Assembly (NCBI RefSeq): GCF_001194135.2
Contig: NC_068994.1
Coordinates: 47,457,362 to 47,521,361 of the forward strand
Source: Octopus bimaculoides
Lineage: Eukaryota
DNA: 64,000 nt
Direction of reading: 5' to 3'
Shown here piece after piece: positions 1-11,801 of the stretch. Position numbers and translations under genes: made by a program. Position 1 is the stretch's first letter. Each line of letters starts with the position of its first letter. The notes below the pieces were generated by a model. The model did no database searches, was not told the origin of the DNA, and saw only the letters and a list, made by a program, of their open reading frames with translations.

Positions 1-496
1 CCTGCTCCTCTATAATGAATTGTTGTTGTTTCTGTTGCTCCATTCAGAGTGGATTTGTTCATCTAGGCCACAATACAGTTTGTGGAAATAATAGCCATAT
101 AAAGGCATACATTTATTGTTGTTCACCATGGTTGACTTACATAATCATCAGTATATCTGTCTGTGCTGTTGCTTTAGGTTTAGACAGCTGTACAAAAAAT
201 AATTCGGTTTCTTGAGTGAATTTTATTGTTGTGAATATAATCGATTTGTCATTTTGTAAAATCATAATCAACGAAGGGATGTAATTGGTTTTTCTTATGA
301 GTTAGAATGGCAACAGGAGTGACAGCCCTCTCAAGCTGCTTCTTGATGCTCAGTAGTCCCCTACTAATATTTTGTCTTTCAAGAGTGTACAGTGATTGGG
401 AGTCATATTCTTTTATTTTTTACTTGTTTCAGTCATTAGATTGTGGTCATGCTGGAATTTTTAATCAAATGAATTGAAAAACATGGATACAATGAT

Positions 497-527
<31 letters not shown>

Positions 528-1270
528 GATATATATATATATATATATATTATGGACTTCTTTCAGTTTCTGCCTACCAAATCCACTCGCAAGGCATTTG
601 TCAGCCTGAGGCAACACTAGAAAACACTTACCCAAGGTTTCACACAGCGGGACTGAACTCAGAACCATGTGGTTGGGAAGCTAACTTCTTACCACACAGC
701 TACATATAGAATTTTTCTATAGATCTCCCATTTTAATGATTTCCTGAATCTAGTTCTGTTTTATTCTTCTTCAGAGCTATAAGTTATGGCTGGCACTCCT
801 ATAATTGTGTTAATGACACAAATATTGTTGTTACCGAATTTCTAGATTTTTTTTCTTCCATCAAAATATTCATTTTTCATTCTTCTTCACACAGCTTTCA
901 CACAATTTTACTTTCACCCATCCCCAAGTATCTGTAGAACTTGAAATTGCCCAACTCTTGTATTATCTCCCATTTTGGTGGAGTTCCAAATCGTCTGCTT
1001 GGTTTACTTATCTGGCCTGAATCAACACCTTGCATTTATTTATCCAATCCAGAATGTCCTTGTTCAGTTGATTGACCCTCAAGCTGATGATCTTTTGCAC
1101 CATTTAATTTTAGGTCATCCATGAAGAGAAGATAATAATGAACCAGCTCCTCTCATATAGTTTTCTTAATTGGATCTATTTATTGGTCATTCTAGAGCAA
1201 TAAGCTTAGGACAAAATATGGAACAAGTGTATTATAGTCACCTTGGAATATCTTGGCAGATATTCTAGTG
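1..1270 (-). mobile_element. Decayed R4/Dong-clade-like non-LTR retrotransposon RT/thumb fragment, interrupted by a SINE at about 410-705
   Basis: Minus-strand frames give KIFQGD (about 1237-1251), YLLFMDDLKL (about 1105-1135), GLDK, FYRYLG (about 922-937), NEY...VINT..VPAITYS (about 770-880) and LY....SRGLLSI (about 340-400), in the order seen in R4/Dong-type RTs, with stops and frameshifts. Confidence 0.7.
410..705 (-). mobile_element. tRNA-derived SINE, family A (octopus OK-like), internally deleted
   Basis: Shares head (minus: gctgtgtggtaag...ggttctgagttcagtccc) and tail (cagtc..atgactgaaacaagtaaaa) with the copies at 25961 and 48361. Confidence 0.8.
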
Positions 1271-1932
1271 AAGCTGGAGGTTACTATTATGGTGTATGAT
1301 GTATTTCAGCTTCTAACTTTGGCGCAAGACAATAAATTTTGGGTGAAAGGTATAGTCAATTAAATCAACCAAAGTATTTGTTTTATACTTAATTTTTCCT
1401 ACCTTGGAAATATGAATTTGGCTGTTGACAACCCTAGAATTTGTACTGTGAACATAAGAAAAGACCCCCCCCCCCCGGTAAATTCTGTAAAGGCATTTTA
1501 TCCAACAGATCATTAATTCTACAACTACTCTGAGCTGTAACATAATAATAAGTAATAATAAATAATAATAATAATAATAATTAATAATAGCAACAACAAC
1601 AATGGCAGTAGCAGTAATGTAATCTTGTTACGACATTTTTATCTTAGAAAGCATTTGCATAGTTGACGTGGCCGCCATTGCCAAATAGTTTCCTCTTCAA
1701 CAGCAGCCATTATTATGGAACTTGATGAATATGTTCAAGAGTCTGTGTTTGTTGTTTTGTAATGATTGTTTCCTGCTGTGACAAACATCTCTTTTGGTGA
1801 GATGATTCATCTTGAATTCAGTTTGGCAGCTACTGTGCTCTAGATAGCTAGAGATCTTTATAGATGTTTAGATTAGATAGATAGACTGCTGTACATAGAA
1901 AGACATACTGATTGTGTTAGATAGAGAGATAG

Positions 1933-2065
<133 letters not shown>

Positions 2066-2347
2066 CAGGGAGTGTTAGATAGACAGGTGGAATTATTTGA
2101 TAGTGAATGTTAGAGAGACAGACAGATAGTGTTTGATGGATGAATGGACAGATTGATGGATGAACAGAAAAAGGGAGGTATGGAGAGACTGATAGATGGA
2201 TTGATGGGCAGATTGATAGGCATTCTGTAATATAGATAGGTCGTACTCTATCAGTGTCAGTAAGTTCTAGATAGAATGTAGGTAGTCAGTAGACATAGCT
2301 AAGTGGTAGGCAATCTATAGATATAGATAGGTTGTAGGCAGCCCATC

Positions 2348-2386
<39 letters not shown>

Positions 2387-2693
2387 GTTTTCTATGCCTA
2401 CAAATGCTTATTTACTTAGTGATTCTTTCATAACTATTTCAACAAGTAGAGTGGAATTTATATTTCACTGAAAATGGTCAAAATAAGACCAAAACATGGC
2501 CAGAGTTATCTCCTGTATTTAAAAAAAGAATGAAAATATTTCACAAATATTTTTTGTTCACTAAACACATAATTATCTCCAGTTAACCTTTTGATGTTCT
2601 CTTCAGTAAATATGTTAACACTAATTTGACTATTACTACTGATTAGCAGAATGTGGACTATAGACATGTCGTGAAAGACAGCTATATACATAT

Positions 2694-2795
2694 AGGTACA
2701 GGCGTGGCTATATGGTAAGAAGTCTGCTTCCTAGCCACATGGTTCAGGGTTCAGTCCCACTGCATGGTACCTTTAACAAGTGTCTTCTACTGATA
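2694..2795 (+). mobile_element. SINE family A, head only
   Basis: A-box-like tggctatatggt, B-box-like ggttcagtccc, then aagtgtcttctac. Confidence 0.75.
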
Positions 2796-3356
2796 GAAAC
2801 CAGACTGAAGTATGATGCATTTAATGTATTGGGCCTATGAATCACTCCAAAATTCTGATTCATGATTTGTTTTGTTTGTTCAGCCTACATACTCTTGCAC
2901 TTCTTTCTCTACCATAGATATTGCCATCCATCAGACTACACTCTCTTTCTATCTCAAAGCTAGTAGTCCAAACCTACTTACCATAACCACCTTCCTTTTT
3001 ATAGACCTGGCCATTTATCATACAGCATCAAATATCTATCAGACATCTTGTCATTCACCAAGCTACATCCCTCACCACCACCACTATTTTATTCTATTTG
3101 AGTTCATTCAGCTAACTCCAGTGGTTCTGAATCATTTTTTTGCCTATGGGATTCCTTTGATAGTCATTTTACTTTATTGGACTCTTATGTTAAAAAAATC
3201 CTAATATACATTTATAGTTAATTATTAGAAATTGTATTAAAAATTGTTTGAATATTTTCTGTATTGTAGATATGTAACCAACTTATTGCTCATAAACAAT
3301 TTATTGCTCATAAACGAAATTCTTATATGGACCCTGGTTGAGAACCTCTGAGCTAA

Positions 3357-3388
<32 letters not shown>

Positions 3389-3694
3389 GATATGGGCAAC
3401 TGCCTAACACACACACACACAGTTCATACCTCAACACATTCACCTCATACATGTTCACAACACATGCACACCCATTTCACATGTACACACTTCACAAGTA
3501 TACTTTTCAAACATAACCACCACAACAGACATATGAGTTTTCTACCTGGACACTGTTCTATATTCTGCGGGACCCTCTTTTCCATACTCAATGAAAGGAC
3601 AGCTTAAAACCTGATGGCCATCACAAGTATACTCAATCACTACCGCTCTCACTCTCCTCCATTTCTCTCTTTCATAATCTCTGTCTGTCTGTCA

Positions 3695-3727
<33 letters not shown>

Positions 3728-3877
3728 GATATTGCAAATTTTAGAGGTAATACTTGATAATTGTAAGCACCTGTATATGCCAGATAGTGGCCGAGGTGAA
3801 AGAATATATTAAAACGTAAAATTACAACAAAAAATTAAAACAAAATCCTTTGTGTTTTGTTTTAATTTTACATTTTA

Positions 3878-3908
<31 letters not shown>

Positions 3909-4458
3909 NNNNNNNNNNNNNNNNNNNNNNNNNNNNNNNNNNNNNNNNNNNNNNNNNNNNNNNNNNNNNNNNNNNNNNNNNNNNNNNNNNNNNNNNNNNN
4001 NNNNNNNNNNNNNNNNNNNNNNNNNNNNNNNNNNNNNNNNNNNNNNNNNNNNNNNNNNNNNNNNNNNNNNNNNNNNNNNNNNNNNNNNNNNNNNNNNNNN
4101 NNNNNNNNNNNNNNNNNNNNNNNNNNNNNNNNNNNNNNNNNNNNNNNNNNNNNNNNNNNNNNNNNNNNNNNNNNNNNNNNNNNNNNNNNNNNNNNNNNNN
4201 NNNNNNNNNNNNNNNNNNNNNNNNNNNNNNNNNNNNNNNNNNNNNNNNNNNNNNNNNNNNNNNNNNNNNNNNNNNNNNNNNNNNNNNNNNNNNNNNNNNN
4301 NNNNNNNNNNNNNNNNNNNNNNNNNNNNNNNNNNNNNNNNNNNNNNNNNNNNNNNNNNNNNNNNNNNNNNNNNNNNNNNNNNNNNNNNNNNNNNNNNNNN
4401 NNNNNNNNNNNNNNNNNNNNNNNNNNNNNNNNNNNNNNNNNNNNNNNNNNNNNNNNNN

Positions 4459-4514
<56 letters not shown>

Positions 4515-4532
4515 GATAGATAGATATTTGTA

Positions 4533-4554
<22 letters not shown>

Positions 4555-4565
<11 letters not shown>

Positions 4566-4790
4566 CTGTCTTTGTCCCAGTCTCTGCTTGACAGCTGCTG
4601 TTGGTGTGTTTAAGTCCCTGTAACTTAGTGGTTCAGCAAAAGAGAACAATAGACTAAGTAGTACCAGGCTTGAGGCAAAAAAAAGTACTGGGGTCTATTC
4701 ATTCTGCTAAAATTCTTCAAGGTGGTGCCTCAGCGTGGCTGCAGTATAATAACTGAAACAAGAAAAAGATTAAAAAAAAAGAAAAAGCAA
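4555..4790 (+). mobile_element. SINE family A, 3' half (5' part likely in the N gap)
   Basis: ttggtgtgtttaagtccctgtaacttagtggttcagcaaaagag...actgaaacaagaaaaag matches the family A tail. Confidence 0.75.
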
Positions 4791-5254
4791 ATCGTCAGAA
4801 GCAGCTCGCCTCTCCCTTCCCAAACTGTCCATGTTAGAAACTGAAGGCTAATTATTAAAATGTAAACAAGTAAATGCCTTGGTGCAAGCTAATTTACAAA
4901 GTGGTAGAAGGCTGATCGCCTGACAGTAATTACTTGAATACCAATACAGTGTGGGTTATGAATAAATAAATGAATAGAGAAATAAATAAATAAATGAATA
5001 TGTATGGATAGATGGATGTACATATATCCATATATATATATTAAGTCTCACTACAAAAAATAAACAAGATGAACCATTTGTTTGTGTACGTGATATNNNN
5101 NNNNNNGATGATGATGGTGACACAATGGTAATGGGGGGGGGGTTGATATGGTACAGCAGTTTACTAGATTGATAGCTTATCTTTTAATGAAGATAAAATG
5201 TTTATGCTCATTAGGTAAACATGTGAAAACAGCCCTTGCTTTATTCATTGTCTT

Positions 5255-5815
5255 TTGTTACTGGTCTTGGTTGGTATGTTGTTGTAGTTGGTGTTGTTGT
5301 TGTTGCTTGCTGTTTAACACCAAGTCAACTCTGACCGATTAGACCTATATGACCAAAGGCATTCCAGCTGTGAAAGCCATTCTTTGTAGAGTTACGTAGT
5401 TCTACATTCCTAATGTGTCTTTTCCTTATTTAACATGGTCAGATGAGATTAAAGGGTGGTTTGGCTGCTATTTCTAGTTGGTCGTGCAACCACACAGAGG
5501 CTCTCTTGTCAACTCATGAAAGATGCTTACAGTCATCATGCACCGAAATTCAAACCAGTTCAGACGTTGCTCAACTTTAGTGCTCAAACATGAGCTGGGT
5601 TTTTTGAAATGGTATTTTAGGTAGTGTCACCATCATCATTTAACCCCAAGTCAATGCTAACATCTACACCAAGCCTATGATCAAAAGCATTCCTGCCATG
5701 ACACCCCATCTTTTTACAAAGAAGGAGAACTACATTAATGCATCCTTTGATTATTTGAAAGTTGTTTTTAAACAGAAATTTGACTATTATTTCTCACAGG
5801 TGGGGATCATGCAGA
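5255..5815 (-). mobile_element. Two family D SINE-like copies (about 5255-5510 and 5635-5815)
   Basis: Motifs caaaggcattcc.gc and ttggctgctatttctag recur at about 18222-18465 (+), 22695-22870 (-), 28330-28530 (-), 41495-41700 (-) and 46770-47075 (+). Confidence 0.65.
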
Positions 5816-5935
5816 AGCCCCCCACTGCTGGTCTGTTGTTGTTGTTGATACTGTAATGAATGAATGGTTGTATTTTGCTCCAAGTAAAATCTGATCCTGA
5901 ATACTTATGATCAAAGATGTTATTACAATCTACTT

Positions 5936-6144
5936 CTGTGGTTCCCAACCAACTCCTATTTTACTCTACTAGATCTCCGTAGCAATTCAATGCATATAAA
6001 AACATCCTACTGTATTTTTATGATTAAATATTATTAAGAATTGTATTATAAACTTAAAATATTTTGTGTAATGTAGAAGTATAACCAATTTATTGCACAT
6101 AAATTTTAACAAGGTCTTATATCGACCCCAGTTGAGAACCACTG
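5936..6144. mobile_element. hAT (Charlie-like) MITE
   Basis: TIRs ctgtggttcccaac / gttgagaaccactg; 8-bp flanks atctactt and atctacca (6/8 match). Partial copies end at 3350 and about 18222. Confidence 0.75.
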
Positions 6145-6476
6145 ATCTACCAGATTTTTTAAAATTTTTTATCACTCACTCTGCTAAAAATAGCAGACAA
6201 ATTCCCCACCTTTTCACACATTTTTGTCTTAAAAGAAGGAGATACATTAGATAATGTGATCCTAGTTACACTATTCAGATTGGTTTGTGGTATTGGTGTA
6301 TATGGCTGTTAGCAGAGGCAGTGATATGTATGTAGATATCTATCAACATGATGGCTGTTTATATATGTGTGTGTGATTGAACCTGTTTGCATATATGTAC
6401 ATTTATTTTGTAAATGTCATCATATTTTCTATTAGAAGACTAATTCTTATTTCTCTTTTTCTTTTTCTCTTTGCAG

Positions 6477-9400
6477 AAGCCATGGAGGATTCTATCTCCA
6501 GCTAAAGAAGGGAACAATATGGGCTTTAGCCTGAACTTCCATGAGATGTATCAAAATCATACCAACACCATGCCTGATGTTGTCGATCACCATGGAAACA
6601 AACAAGCTCTTACTTCTGGTTCTAACTTCCTAGATTCCGAGATGAATAACTCCATTGTCGGCACAAAAAAGTCAACTGGTGTGTGTGCCGAACCAGCCGC
6701 AAATGTACCCAGCAAGCTGACCTGGAAAGATCTGTCGCCAACCAAACAAAAAAATCTCTCTCCACACAGTAGTAGTAGTAGTGGTGGTTCGTCAGGCGAG
6801 GAGAACCCAGCCAGTGGTGTAATATGGGGGGAAGACAGTGAAGTGAATAAGAATCAGCTGGTCACTTGGAAACAACTATCTCCAACAAAGCTGTCACCTC
6901 CCATTGACTATGAGCCAGATAGTGGATATTCATCAAATGAAGTAAATCACAAAATCAAAGGTACAACAGAACTCTGCAACTCATACATAATGGCAACACA
7001 GCAGAAACCAATGAAAACAAGTTCAGGAAGCACAAGTAATGAGTCACCGGAAGACGCATTAGAGTATTTTTATGATGAGGATTTCTCTGTTCAGTTTGAA
7101 CCAAATCTAAGTAATCCACAGATTAATCTTGATGATATAGGAAGAGATGAGATGTTTATTTTGCCTCAAATGCTGAATGGTAGTTATCTGAGCTTCGAAT
7201 CGTTAAAATCCTCCTCTGACGCAACCCCCGCGCCCTTCGAGGATCAATGCGAATTGGAGTTTTCTGATAACCAAAATTCAATGGAAATTTCAACTAGTGA
7301 GCGGGACATGATGTGCTCCAGTGAAATGTTAGAACTTAGTAGTGATCCATTGTTCACCCCAACACCAACCAGCGAGGCACCTCCTTGTCATCTTCTTAAC
7401 GACAGTCTGGACCACGGGCACAAGCCCGGTGACCTTCAAATTAGTAAATCGTCAATGGATCCTAACCAGTCAGTTGATGGCAAGCTGGTGATAGACTGCT
7501 ACCCTCGCAAAGAAAATTACTGCTTATCATTTGTTGGGTCGCAGAGCAAGACAAGCAGTTCAGAAGCAGAAATTTCATTAACGCCTTTGAGAACGCACGA
7601 GTCTGAGGATAATGAGAGTGGGGCTCATCCCTACTGTACCTCTTCTGGGGAAGGAGCGGAAGATGTTTTTGCAAACAGCTTCCAATACTGCCGAGATGGA
7701 GAAGTATCAGCAAAATGTCCACCTTTATTAAGACTTCTAAGATCAGACACTACAGCAAAGACACGCTTCGTTGGACAACTCACATCACTACCTGAAACAA
7801 ATCAGGAGGCTGAAAACGAGTCTACTTCTTCGGGGATGTCAGAATGTAGTGGCCAAGGCCGCATAATATCGCACAGCTTGCCAAGAAATGGGTGCAGCAT
7901 GCAAACATTTAGTTCCCTCAAAAATAAGGTTGGCTCGCACTCTCGCCCCAAGACCATGGTTTCATGGAAGCAAATCAAGACAATGTATCGTAAAGGTAAA
8001 CAACTTTCTAATCAAAACAGTGGTGGCAAAAGTTGCAGTATGCCAGACTTGTGTCTGCGGACATGGCAGAAAGTTGCTGCTGAGAAGAAAAAAGAGTTAG
8101 AAAGTAGCAAAGAAGAAGAAGAAGAAGAAGAAGAAGAAGAAGAGGACGATGAGAAAGCTGAGAATAAGCGTTACTCAGCGACATTAGTGGAGCTATACCA
8201 ACGTATGAAAGCAATGGGAAAAGCATCATCTCCAGATATCCATATACCTGGGTGGTCTTTAAATAGTAGCACATCTAGTCGACCTGGTAGTGGTCAATGG
8301 TCTGTGAACAGTGATGATAAATTGTACATCAATGATATGAAAGGTGCAGATGGTATTCATCTGGCTATACAGTGTGAACAGACAGGTTGGGAGAATTCAT
8401 CCCATCTTGACCATCATCATCACCACCACATCAATTCTGCTCACGATGTTAAAGACTGCATCGATTGTAGAGAAGGGTTCAGTTCTTTTGAATTGAGATC
8501 AGCTTGTTGTCAGGTGCCCCTGAACCGAAAACGTACCCAAGCAACAGCTATCTCTCCTCAATCTGTCAATGTATGGTTGGGAACCAAGAACTTTTCTGCC
8601 CAGTTTCCACCTCTTACAAGAGACTGTGGAGTCCAAACGTCTTTCGAAGATGAACGCTCCATGGCATCAGGTTTGAGGAGAAACTGTAAACAAACCTCTG
8701 AAGGAAGCTATGATATACCAAAGTGTCATTGCCACATGATGGCAAAATCTGAAAGAACGAAAGCAAGAGAAGCTTTTCACATGTCCACCAGAATAGCACG
8801 TGAAGTATTTTATTCACACAGGTCTTTGCCAGACTTAAGTTTTATTACCCTTCCAAGTCCTTCTTTGCAAAGACTTCAGAGGCGCTCCACTGATAAACCT
8901 GTTTTAATTAATCCTAGAATACACCGACCAAATACTAATTCAAATGCACCTCCAAATACTAATTTTAAGGAAACTCTAGAAGAACTCAAGAAACTCCAAA
9001 AACCAGAAGCTATGCATATATCAGGGCCTTTCTGTAGCCGACGTTCAGGCATGTTTCGACCAATTGGAGCATGTCGTGGAGCTGATTGGCACTCAAGTAG
9101 TAGTGGATTTAGCACTAGTTCTACATCTTCAGGAATTGATCCTGGTTGCTTTGACTATTGGTATGGCAGCTTTGGAAGCTTTCCCAGACTGCCATGCTGT
9201 GCAGCGTTGTTGGATACCAGATATGTCTACAACAGCGCTGGTTTTGAAACCTTCCCGCGTATAGTACGCCAGCCCGAGGAGACCCAAGCAAAGACGCGAG
9301 CAGTTGACCGCCGCTATGAACGGTATCAGTATGAAAGCCACCCTGCACACAACCGTCAAAAGCCATGGAAGAGATGGAGTGCTAGTACTTCCTCAAACTC

Positions 9401-10152
9401 TAGTGGCAACTCGGCTCAAGCAGAAACTTTGTATAGTGTTGCTGAAGAAAAGACACCTACTTCACCTGAGAAATCCTTGGAGGGCAAATTAGAAGAAAAT
9501 GAGGAATATGGTGACTGTAGGTTAGGAACAGATGGTTACTATGACAACCAGGTATTTGATGAGAAACAAGAAGGGCTAGAAGATGCTGTCCAGTGTGTTC
9601 GCATGCGAAATACTGGTTTGACTTTAGCAGAAACTTATTGTCCTGACAAACGGCCCCTGAAATCCTGCCTGCGCAAACGTCAGCGATCCCTATCCGACCC
9701 TTACGCTAAGGCTCCCTGGACTGACAATATTAAAAAACACAACACTGCTGCTACTACACACCGACATTCTTACGGCTGTGACCGAGACCAAATGGCTGGT
9801 GCTGACGGACCCATTGATTACCCGAAAGACTTTGATGCTGTTGCAGCATCATCCCCTGTGGAGGTATTACCGTCGGGTGGTTGTGGAAGCGACAGCGTGT
9901 CAGCCAATCCAACACGCGACGTGATACTCAATGAAAGCAGTAACACATCACTGAGCGAGAAGGATATGGCGCGTTCTAAGAAAAGCGTAAGCTTTGCTAG
10001 GGAGGTGTCGTTTCATTCTCCTCCCTGCAGTCCCCAAGTCCCACCAAGGCGACAGTCTCTTGAGGGACGGCAGGTGCCCCATAATGGATACAGTCTTACT
10101 AAGGATTCAGTACCAAGTCCAAACTGGATGGGTGTCACATCCAATCAGCCAA
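6477..10152 (+). CDS. RUSC2: Giant first coding exon (3676 bp): Ser/Glu/Pro-rich disordered N-terminus, first in-frame ATG at 6519
   Basis: Polypyrimidine tract plus ttgcag acceptor ending at 6476, an uninterrupted ORF, and a consensus donor CAA|GTAAGT after 10152 (phase 1). Sequence after the donor becomes T-rich and intron-like. Confidence 0.85.
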
Positions 10153-10830
10153 GTAAGTTACTTTATTCCTTGTTTTGTTTTTTTTTGTTTTTCCATTTTT
10201 TTTTTGTTTTATGCTTGCTCATTTATATTATGATAACTGTAGACATGTTTGACAAGATGGTCCTTGGACTGAAACCCAAAGGAGAAAATAGGAAGGTAGG
10301 ATACCCAATGAGCAACTTGTGGAGATTGGCTGAAATGGAATTGAAAATGTTAGGGATAACAATGGAACCAAATGAAAAATATCCAAGACAGAATATGTTG
10401 GAAAACTGCTTTGGAAAGCTATGTTCTTTCAAGAATCCAAATATACTATTAAGATGATATTGATTATTAGTATTTTATTGCCTTTTATTTCTTAATTTTT
10501 AAGTTTTCTAATATCTTTATTATTGTCAATAAGAAAAAACATTCCTTCAGGAGGGAAATGGTTGATAAATTAAGTACCAGTTAAGTACTGGAGGTCATAT
10601 TGTCTGTTCACAAAACTCCAAATTTGTGGCTTTGTAGTCTATGTTAATCAAAAGATGCCCATCTTGCATCTCAAAAAATTGGGTACATCTTGGAGTAACT
10701 GCATGTAAATATTCAAGTTTAAACATCTTGGAAGAATGTTCTATCAATATTTTCAGACTATGTTATTATTGCTGTACTGTACTACAGTGTATAGCTATAT
10801 ATTTTTCACCAACACTTTATGTAGAAGTAG

Positions 10831-10872
<42 letters not shown>

Positions 10873-10959
10873 CGTAAACACACCAGCATATATATGTGTG
10901 TGTGTGTGCATGTGTGTTTTCTCTCACCAGTTTTTTCATTCTCTCTCCATTCTTTCCTC

Positions 10960-11100
10960 TTATTCCTTTCTGTTGAAGAGCATAGGCTCAAAACATAAGA
11001 CTTTTCCGTTTCTCCTGAGCCTTAAACTAAGACATCTACTTGTTGTTCCTACACCTGTCTTTGTCTTCTGTTTTTCTGTAAATTTGAACTGTATATATGT
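10960..11100 (+). mobile_element. Penelope-like non-autonomous repeat with a degenerate hammerhead-like motif; 3' part repeated at 50661-50760
   Basis: CUUU-CUGUUGA-A-GAGC-auag-GCUC-AAAA-CAU-AAGA, then gagc..aaactaa.acatc...ttgttgtt...acacctgtc shared with the 50661 copy; both adjoin (AT)n. Confidence 0.5.
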
Positions 11101-11801
11101 ATATAATGTGTGTGTATGTATTTATAGGGAGATGCAGGTATATATATATATATACACACACACTTGCCCAAAACATTGCTAATGACTCACATTTCATACA
11201 ACACAGATTGTCACACATTCTTCAAATAATTGCTTCCACAATTCACAGTTGCTGGCAGCAGTGGGTACAACTCCTACTGCTACTATAACTGCAGCTATCT
11301 CCTCCTCCTCCTCTTCTTCTTCTCCTGCATAGAATTTTGCTTTAGTGTAGGCATTAGTGTTATCACTAATCAATATTTATCACCAGGAAGTGTGATAAAT
11401 ATAGCCAATAACTTCACTGTTTCCAATCAGATGTATCCATCAGTTGGTGATTGAACTTATTGATTTCAGAACAGTGCTGTGTCTCCAACTTGTGCCTTTA
11501 GCAAGAATTTGTACCCGTCACAACAGGTCTCCAAAACCTTTCTCAATTTACACATGGTCCTTCTCTTCAACCTGCATATTTTCTTCCCCTCTCTTTGCCC
11601 TCATAGGTCTCAGAAACACTACAAAGGTTATGAATATTAAGCCTTCCTCATATGACAGTCATAGCCCTAACTGCAACAGTCCAGAGGAATCTGACAGAAA
11701 TGTAGAATTACCTCAGAAATGCATGAAAAATAAATAAATAATAATGGGTGCTGAACAAGAAAGGAGAAAAAAAATAATGATAATAATAATAATAATAATA
11801 A

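Noticed and set aside
2694-2780. tRNA-like A/B boxes (also in the other SINE heads) as tRNA genes
   Set aside because: No complete cloverleaf; they continue into SINE bodies.
3822-4649. Long ORFs containing X (also at about 15750-16050, 22200-22630, 26458-28107, 28619-29210, 30435-31015, 33447-33936, 60189-60611)
   Set aside because: Artefacts of N gaps plus (TA)n flanks. The gaps may hide real sequence, but nothing can be called.
10153-10457. Continuation of the 1328-aa ORF beyond 10152 (KLLYSLFCFF...NILLR)
   Set aside because: It follows a consensus GTAAGT donor and starts with T-rich intron-like sequence; treated as read-through, though intron retention cannot be excluded.
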